A DNA stretch of 54,590 bases, taken from positions 1 through 54,590 of the forward strand of contig PHAZ01000006.1 in NCBI GenBank assembly GCA_002841825.1, given 5' to 3'. Below, in pieces: positions 45,667 through 54,590 of the stretch. This stretch comes from Deltaproteobacteria bacterium HGW-Deltaproteobacteria-22 (GTDB lineage Bacteria > Myxococcota_A > Polyangia > HGW-17). The notes below the pieces were generated by a model. That model was not told where the DNA came from. It saw nothing but the letters and a program-made list of their open reading frames with translations, and did not search any database. Within the stretch, counting starts at the first letter, position 1, and each line of letters begins with the position of its first letter. The translations under genes and the position numbers were made by a program.

Positions 45667-45735
45667 CGGGATCACCTGAAAAAAGTGTTGGTCTACGGTT
45701 GAGTCGAGTCATGAGAACATCGGAGCAGTAACGGT

Positions 45736-47160
45736 TTGACGGATCAAGTAGCATCCCTGGATCTCGGAAGCACCTGGATCAAGGCCGGAGTGTTCACCCC
45801 CGGCGGCCGGTGTGTCGGCGTCGCGCGGAAGCAGGCCCCCGGGCCGGCTTCAGATACCGGCCTGTTCTCCGCCGACGCCTGTCTCGAGGTCGCCATGGAC
45901 GCCCTGCGGTCCGCGGTGTCGGCCTGTCCGGGCGGCGGCGCGAACGTGGTGGGCCTGGCCTGCTCGGGCCAGCGTGCGACGATGCTGGTGGTCGACGGGT
46001 CGGGGCACCCGCTGACCCCGGCGGTGTCCTGGCAGGTGCCCTCCGCGGACCCGGGGGTGGAGGCCGTCCGTCTGCTGCTGGGGGAAGCTTCGTTCACGGC
46101 GAGGACCGGGCTGCCATTTCTCCCGATCTTCCCGGTCTTCCGCCTGGCGGACAGGGGCTCCCCCTGGGCCAGGGCGGTGGCCCGCGGTGGAACCGTGATG
46201 TCCCTGGGTGACTTCGTGCTGGGTCGCCTGGGCGCTGCTGCTGTGACCGATTATTCCCTGGCGGGGGCCACCGGCCTGCTGGACGGGCGAAGGCTGCAGT
46301 GGGACGAGGAATTGATGGCCACGGCCGGGGTTACCCCGGGGTGTCTGCCGCGGCTGATCCCGGCCGGGTCCGTCGTCGGGACCCTGGACTGGGCGTCGGC
46401 GGCCGCCACGGGCCTTCGCACCGGAACACCGCTGGTCGCCGCCGGCGGGGACCAGATGTGTGCGGTGCTGGGCGCGGGGATTGTGGAGCCCGGGGATGCG
46501 CTGATCAGCCTCGGAACCTCGGCAGCCGTGCTGGCGCCGGTGGGAGGATTCAGGGAGCCCGTGCCCGTCGTTCTGCCGCATGTCCTCCATGGGCAGTGGG
46601 TGGTGGAGGACTTCCTCGGACCTTTCGGTGCGGTGCTCGACCGGATCGTCCGGCTGCAGGGATGGGAGTCGGCCGGGGAGATGGCCCAGGCTGCACGGAA
46701 GCGGACGATCCCCCTGGAGGCGCCATCGTTTGTGGCCGACCTGCGGTCCCCTCCGGAGCACGACCTCGCCGCGGCCTTTTCCGGCGGATCGATGGATCTC
46801 CTGAAGGATCGGGATCTGACAGCCGCGCTCGTCATCGAGGGACTCGCCTTCACGGTGGCCCGGGCCGTGGAGGCCCTGGGCCGGCAGGTCGGGATCGGGC
46901 GGTTGCGGCTCGCCGGCGGTGGCGCCCGGAGCCAGGTTCTGGTCGAGGCCATTGCGGGCGCCATGGAGCGGCCGCTTCTCCGGTGTGGGCAGTCCGAGGC
47001 CGTGCTGTTCGGCGCGGCCTGTCTGGCGCAGGCGGGGGTGGGACTGGTTGCTGCCGTCGCCGAAGCGGCCGTGACCGCGGAAAGCACCGGGGAACCGGTG
47101 GATGCGCGACCTGACCCGGAACGGGTGCAGGCGCAAAGATTCCGGCGATTTGTCTCCTGA
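45736..47160 (+). CDS. FGGY-family carbohydrate kinase, substrate unknown
   Basis: SLDLGST..KAGVF, SGQR, GGDQ..A.LGAG, SLGTS, LAGGGARS; TTG start. Confidence 0.85.
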   Translation: MTDQVASLDLGSTWIKAGVFTPGGRCVGVARKQAPGPASDTGLFSADACLEVAMDALRSAVSACPGGGANVVGLACSGQRATMLVVDGSGHPLTPAVSWQVPSADPGVEAVRLLLGEASFTARTGLPFLPIFPVFRLADRGSPWARAVARGGTVMSLGDFVLGRLGAAAVTDYSLAGATGLLDGRRLQWDEELMATAGVTPGCLPRLIPAGSVVGTLDWASAAATGLRTGTPLVAAGGDQMCAVLGAGIVEPGDALISLGTSAAVLAPVGGFREPVPVVLPHVLHGQWVVEDFLGPFGAVLDRIVRLQGWESAGEMAQAARKRTIPLEAPSFVADLRSPPEHDLAAAFSGGSMDLLKDRDLTAALVIEGLAFTVARAVEALGRQVGIGRLRLAGGGARSQVLVEAIAGAMERPLLRCGQSEAVLFGAACLAQAGVGLVAAVAEAAVTAESTGEPVDARPDPERVQAQRFRRFVS

Positions 47161-47173
47161 AAGGAACAGAGCC

Positions 47174-49177
47174 ATGCTGCACGACAGCGACCAGAAGCGC
47201 GCGATTTCCCCCATCTCCAACGAGGAGCTGGCGAGAATCCGCGAAGAGGCGATGGACTTCGCCAACGTGGGCATCTACCGGTACCGGATGGACGGGACGG
47301 TCGTGTTCATCGACGCGGGGGTGCTCCGGTTGCTGGACATGGAAGACGAGATATCCGACCCGTCGGAGTTGTTCGGCAGGAACATTTCGGAGTTGATACA
47401 GTACGTGGAACATCCCCGTTCCCTGCGCCAGCAGGTGATCGAACATGGTCCGCTCAAAAATGTGGAATACCGCTACCGGACGCTCAAGGGGGAGGACCGC
47501 TGGGTCTATCACAGCGTGCTTCTGGTGAATGACGCCGTGACGGGTGAACAGGAGCTCCTGGTCCTGGCCAGGGACATCACGGAACTGAAGAAGAGCGCGC
47601 TGGCCCTGGCCGCGTCGGAAAAACGCTGGAGGACCCTGATCGAGGGTTCGCAGCAGGGTATCATGGTCTGCGCAGGATCACCGGCCCGCATCATGTTGTT
47701 GAATCCGGCGCTGCTCGGGATGCTGGGACAGCCAGAATCCGCCTGGCAGGGCCGGGAGGTTCATGACCTGATCGGGAGGTTTCACCCGGAAGATCGGGAG
47801 GCGGCCCTGGCCCGTTTCTCGGCGCTCCCGGAGACCGACCCTGGAACCGTGCGAACAGAGCTCCGCCTCCTGGATCCAGGAGACCGGACGATCTGGGTGG
47901 AACTGAGATCCTCGGTGATTGAATTCGACGGTCGACCGGCCGTGCAGACATGTGTCACGGATGTGACCACCCGCATCGAGGCCCTCCGGCAGCGGCAGGA
48001 GATCGAGGCGAAGATGCACGACGCCCAACGCCTGGAGAGCCTGGGCGTGCTGGCCGGAGGTGTCGCACACGACTTCAACAACCTCCTGGCGGCGATCATG
48101 GGGAACGCCGAATTCCTGCGGGACGGTGTGATCGGTTCCCCGGACCTGGAAGTCCATGTGACGGAGATCTCCCATGCCGCGGAGCGTGCCGCGGATCTGT
48201 GCCGCCAGCTGCTGGCCTATTCGGGGCGCAGGAAACTGGCCAAACAGCCCCTGGACCTGAATGCCCTGGTCGAGGATACAACCCGGCTCATCGATGTCAC
48301 CGTGTCCAGGCGCGTGCGGCTGGTCCGGGAGTTGACGCCGGGGCTTCCCTGCATCTCCGGCGATGCCTCACAGGTGAGGCAGGTCGTGATGAACCTGGTC
48401 ACCAACGCCGCCGAGGCCCTGGGGTGCGAACCGGGGGGCATCACGATCAGGACCGGAACCTCCCCCATGAGCCGGGGTGACTTGAGCCGCCATATCATGG
48501 GAGAGAGCCTGGCGCCTGGACCCTATGTCCATGTCGAGGTGCAGGATGACGGCTGTGGAATGGAAGAGGACGTCTGCAAGCGAATCTTCGATCCGTTCTT
48601 CACCACCAAGTTCACCGGAAGAGGACTGGGGCTTGCCGCGGTGAGGGGAATCGTACGGAGCCATGGTGGGGCCTTCGACGTGCAGAGCCGACCCGGTCAG
48701 GGGACACGCATCCGGGCCATCTTCCCGGTGTCCGATCAACCGATGATCTCACGGAAGGACACCCCGATCATCGCCGACTGGCGCGGCTCGGGCACCGTGC
48801 TGCTGGCCGATGACGAGGCCGGCCCCCGGAACATCACGGCGCGGCTGCTCACGGCCATCGGCTTCGAGTGTGTGTGCTCCCAGAACGGGGAGGAGGCGGT
48901 CCGACGGTTCCGGGAAGATCCGGATCGCTTCCGGCTGGCGGTGCTGGATGTGGTCATGCCCGTGTGCGATGGTCCGGGATGTCTGCGTGAGCTGCGTCGG
49001 CTTCGACCTGATCTTCCCGTGCTTTTCATCAGCGGCTACGACGACGATTCCCTGAAGACCGAGCTGGCCGATCCTTCGACTGCGTTTCTGCAGAAGCCCT
49101 TTCGCATGACGAACCTGAGGGAGCAGTTGCGCCGGCTGTCGGCTGGGGAGGAACCGGATCGCGGATCCCTGTCCTGA
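47174..49177 (+). CDS. Cytoplasmic hybrid sensor kinase PAS-PAS-HisKA-HATPase-REC
   Basis: RDITE PAC motif, GGVAHDFNNLL, MNLVTNA, DDGCGM, FDPFFTTK, GRGLGL; REC ADDE/LDVVMP/QKPF. Confidence 0.93.
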   Translation: MLHDSDQKRAISPISNEELARIREEAMDFANVGIYRYRMDGTVVFIDAGVLRLLDMEDEISDPSELFGRNISELIQYVEHPRSLRQQVIEHGPLKNVEYRYRTLKGEDRWVYHSVLLVNDAVTGEQELLVLARDITELKKSALALAASEKRWRTLIEGSQQGIMVCAGSPARIMLLNPALLGMLGQPESAWQGREVHDLIGRFHPEDREAALARFSALPETDPGTVRTELRLLDPGDRTIWVELRSSVIEFDGRPAVQTCVTDVTTRIEALRQRQEIEAKMHDAQRLESLGVLAGGVAHDFNNLLAAIMGNAEFLRDGVIGSPDLEVHVTEISHAAERAADLCRQLLAYSGRRKLAKQPLDLNALVEDTTRLIDVTVSRRVRLVRELTPGLPCISGDASQVRQVVMNLVTNAAEALGCEPGGITIRTGTSPMSRGDLSRHIMGESLAPGPYVHVEVQDDGCGMEEDVCKRIFDPFFTTKFTGRGLGLAAVRGIVRSHGGAFDVQSRPGQGTRIRAIFPVSDQPMISRKDTPIIADWRGSGTVLLADDEAGPRNITARLLTAIGFECVCSQNGEEAVRRFREDPDRFRLAVLDVVMPVCDGPGCLRELRRLRPDLPVLFISGYDDDSLKTELADPSTAFLQKPFRMTNLREQLRRLSAGEEPDRGSLS

Positions 49178-49185
49178 GTCGGACG

Positions 49186-49686
49186 TCACCGTCGGGCCAT
49201 GAACAGGCGCAGGGCGGTGGCCTCTTCCTCAAGGATCTCGGCGGCCTTCTTGTAGATCATCTTTTCGGCGACCGAGCCCAGCAGGGGAAAGTGGATCTTC
49301 AACTCTCCGCTCATGACGCGTGCGCAGCGGGCCCCCGCGTCGGAGATGCGGATCTCCCCGTGGTTCTCGAACATCCTGGCGATCTTCGACTTGGTCGGCA
49401 CGTTCCTGTAGGTCATCACGCGGCGCCGCTTGTCGAAGGTGCTCTGCTCCACCCATTCGAAGGCCTCGGGCGGGATCTTCTTGGGGCCGATCTTCTCGAT
49501 GACGGGCTGGATCCGGTACCGCACGCGGCGCACGATGGTGTCGTCGGTCTCGGTCCGCTCGAGCAGCTCCATCTCCTTGAGGGACTTCATGTGCTGCGTG
49601 AGGAACGCGGCCACGTCCGGATGCATCATCGCCGAGATCACCTGCTCGGCCGACGCGTCGAACTCCTGTCGGATTTCATATTTCAT
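49186..49686 (-). CDS. START/SRPBCC-like protein (DUF2505-like)
   Basis: 166 aa; beta-sheet pattern typical of a helix-grip fold; AGGAGG RBS; ATGA overlap with the upstream gene. Confidence 0.65.
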   Translation of the reverse strand: MKYEIRQEFDASAEQVISAMMHPDVAAFLTQHMKSLKEMELLERTETDDTIVRRVRYRIQPVIEKIGPKKIPPEAFEWVEQSTFDKRRRVMTYRNVPTKSKIARMFENHGEIRISDAGARCARVMSGELKIHFPLLGSVAEKMIYKKAAEILEEEATALRLFMARR

Positions 49687-50804
49687 GGGGAACCCTCCTT
49701 GATCAGGGCGCACAGTTTCTCCTGCATCCCGGGGTCCGCGGCGGTCCTTGCGGACAGGAACCCGAGATAGGAGGTCTTCTTCGGACCGTCGAGGCGGCGC
49801 AGGTGGTCCTGGATGCAGGCCCGGTCGAAGGACTCGAGCACGCAAAGGGCGGCGGCCTGCTCGAGGAGCGGCAGCAGCAGCGGATCATCGGCGGTCAGCG
49901 ATGAAAGATAGGCCAGCGTGGCGGCGTCGACGAGCTCGGGACGCTTGCCGATGACCGCCGTGCGCAGGCGGGCGACGGCAAGCAGGCTCTCGTGCTGCGG
50001 TTCCACCTTGCCCAGCAGGGCCAGCCAGTGGGCGGCCAGCGGTCCCTTGCCCTCCCGGAGGTAATACCACACCAGGGAGAAGCGTGCGTAGTTGGCGTAC
50101 AGCGTCTGGGAGCGCGTGCGTCCGGCGATCTGCAGGAAGTCGACGGCCTCGGGCAGGCGGCCCAGCAGGCTCAGCGCCCAGGCATTGAGGTAGAGCGCCT
50201 CGGACCAGAAACGGTACGGAGGATGAGGCCTGACCTTGGTCAGGAAGAAGGTCGCCTTGCCCAGAAATTCGTTCACCTTCGCCTCCGCCTCGGGGACGGT
50301 CCTGGGTGCCTCGAAGCCGGCGGCCGGATCGATGGCGGCCACGGCGCCGGCCGTGATGCGGGTCTGCAGGTACAGCGCCCGCATGAAGTAGATCTTTCCG
50401 GCGGCGTGGGCGTCCTCGACCTTCTCGATGGGAATCTCCCCCTCGGTGGGCACGTTGGCCAGATGCGAGGCGAGCTCTTGGTTGATTGGCAGCAGGTTGG
50501 GCGGATCCGTGGGGACGATGGGATCGGGCCAGGCGAAGGCAGGGATCACAGGCGCCTTCGGGAGCGTGCACGGGGGAGGGGCCTGTGGGGCCGGTGCGAC
50601 GGCGGCCTGTGCTGGGGTCTGCGGCTTCATGTCGTTGGACGGTGGGGGGGCCGGCTCGGCCACGGACCCTGCCGCCGGTGTTGGTGCATCGGCACGCGGC
50701 GCGAACGGCTCGCCGGCGGACCCGGGACGGGAGGCCAGGAACCATCCCAGCACGGCCGCGATCAGCACCAGGGGAATGCGGGTCAGATAGAACTTCGTGA
50801 TCAT
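49683..50804 (-). CDS. Hypothetical membrane-anchored/exported helical (TPR-like) protein with Pro-rich linker
   Basis: N-terminal hydrophobic segment, Pro/Ala linker, EALYLNAWALSLLGR and ARFSLVWYY repeats. Confidence 0.6.
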   Translation of the reverse strand: MITKFYLTRIPLVLIAAVLGWFLASRPGSAGEPFAPRADAPTPAAGSVAEPAPPPSNDMKPQTPAQAAVAPAPQAPPPCTLPKAPVIPAFAWPDPIVPTDPPNLLPINQELASHLANVPTEGEIPIEKVEDAHAAGKIYFMRALYLQTRITAGAVAAIDPAAGFEAPRTVPEAEAKVNEFLGKATFFLTKVRPHPPYRFWSEALYLNAWALSLLGRLPEAVDFLQIAGRTRSQTLYANYARFSLVWYYLREGKGPLAAHWLALLGKVEPQHESLLAVARLRTAVIGKRPELVDAATLAYLSSLTADDPLLLPLLEQAAALCVLESFDRACIQDHLRRLDGPKKTSYLGFLSARTAADPGMQEKLCALIKEGSP

Positions 50805-50813
50805 GGGCGGAAT

Positions 50814-52189
50814 CTACATGGTGCGTGCGGCAAGATCAAGTGCCTCACACTGTTGCCGGATCTTTCGCTTCTGCGGCTCGGTCAGGGCGAGGGTGATCAG
50901 GAACGACAGGCCGTCGGAGAGCGGAAAGGCCGCCCAGACGCCCCAGAGGCCGATCATCGGAGGCAGGATCAGCACCAGGGGGATGAAGAAGAACACCTGC
51001 CGGGACATCGACAGGATGAAGGCGGGCCACGCGTGGCCCATCGCCTGGAACATGGTGACGCCCACGACGTGATACCCGACCACCGGGATGCCCAGGGAGG
51101 CGATGCGCAGCACCGGGGTGCCCTCGGAGACGAGCTCGGGCGAGGTGGAGAACACCAGGATCAACTGGGCGGGGAACACCCACAGGACCAGGAACGCCCC
51201 GGCGGCGATGCAGGTGGCGATCACCGTGGAGAGACGGATGGCCTCGCGGCTCTTGCAGGGATTGCCTGCGCCCTCATGGTAGCCCAGGATCGGCTGAAGG
51301 CCCTGCACGAGCCCGAACAGCGGCATGAACAGGAACATCACCAGGCGGTAGTAGATGCCGTAGATCGCCAGGTGGAGATCCGTGCCGTAGTTGTGGATCA
51401 TGTGGTTGATCAGGATGGTCATGATCGAGGAGGCGGCGTTGCGCGCGAACACCGAGGCCCCCAGGACCGTGATGCGCGCGATGGGCTCCCGACGGGGCAC
51501 GATGGACTTCCAGTGCAGGCGAACGAAGGAGCGTCTGGACAGGAAATAGAACAGGAGCCACAAAAACGAGGCCCAGTTGGCCAGCACCGTGGCCCAGGCG
51601 GCTCCGGCGACACCCCCGTCGAGCCACCAAATGAACAGCGGATCGAGGAGGATGTTGAGGCCCGCCGAGATCAGCATCGTCCCCATGGCGAGGCGGGCGT
51701 TGCCCTCGGCGCGCACCAGGTTGTTCAGGGCGACCGAGCCGCAGAAGGGCAGGTAGCCCCAGACCATGACCTCCACATATTCGTGGGCATAGCCCAGCGT
51801 GGTAGGGGTGGCGCCGAACGCTCGGAGGATGGGGTCGACCCACAGGGACACCGCCAGGGTGAAGACCAGGCTGGAGAGCATGGTTAAAAAGAAAACATTG
51901 CCCAGGTACCGCTCGGCCTCGGTCCGTCGGCCCTTTCCGATCTCCAGGCTGACCATGACCCCGCCGCCGACGCCGATGGACTGGCACAGACCCATGAGCA
52001 GCATCTGCAGGGGAAACGCGATGGCGAGGCCGGCGATGGCGCCGACGCCGACGAAGTGGCCCACGAAGATGGTGTCCACGATGTTGTACGAGGCCATCAC
52101 GAGCATGCCCACCGTGGCAGGGAGCGAGAGGCGCCAAAGCAGGCGCGGGATCGGCTCGTCCCGCAGGTGGTCGACGTGGGAGGGCTCCT

Positions 52190-52193
<4 letters not shown>
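50814..52193 (-). CDS. MATE-family efflux transporter
   Basis: LSLPATVGM...YNIVDTIFVG, RAEGN, NILLDPLFI, GVAGAAWAT, GLQPILGY, GLWGVW.AFP; ATG at 52193 overlaps the ispA stop. Confidence 0.92.

Positions 52194-54590
<2,397 letters not shown>

Overview
GC-rich bacterial chromosomal segment. The gene content (Pkn-type Ser/Thr kinase, FG-GAP/CARDB Cys-rich surface protein, STAND-TPR, CHAT and YkuD proteins) suggests a Myxococcota/deltaproteobacterial organism; this is inference. About 39 densely packed CDS are supported, with no rRNA, tRNA, CRISPR array, integrase or transposase. Housekeeping genes: birA-oadGAB Na+-pumping decarboxylase, maf, uup, tyrS, recCBD, moxR-DUF58, galU, priA, ispA, tgt and queA (partial). 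Least explained parts: (i) a minus-strand run of a secreted protein built from 39 two-cysteine modules, a CE4 deacetylase and a zinc-ribbon/STAND-NTPase/TPR protein; (ii) an LD-carboxypeptidase translationally coupled to a membrane-anchored caspase-like CHAT protease; (iii) a DnaA homologue out of its usual dnaN context, with an altered DNA-recognition helix, followed by a 9-bp repeat array; (iv) a radical SAM/SPASM enzyme paired with an L,D-transpeptidase. Both window ends lie inside in-frame tandem repeats. All family calls come from motifs read by eye; no database searches were run.
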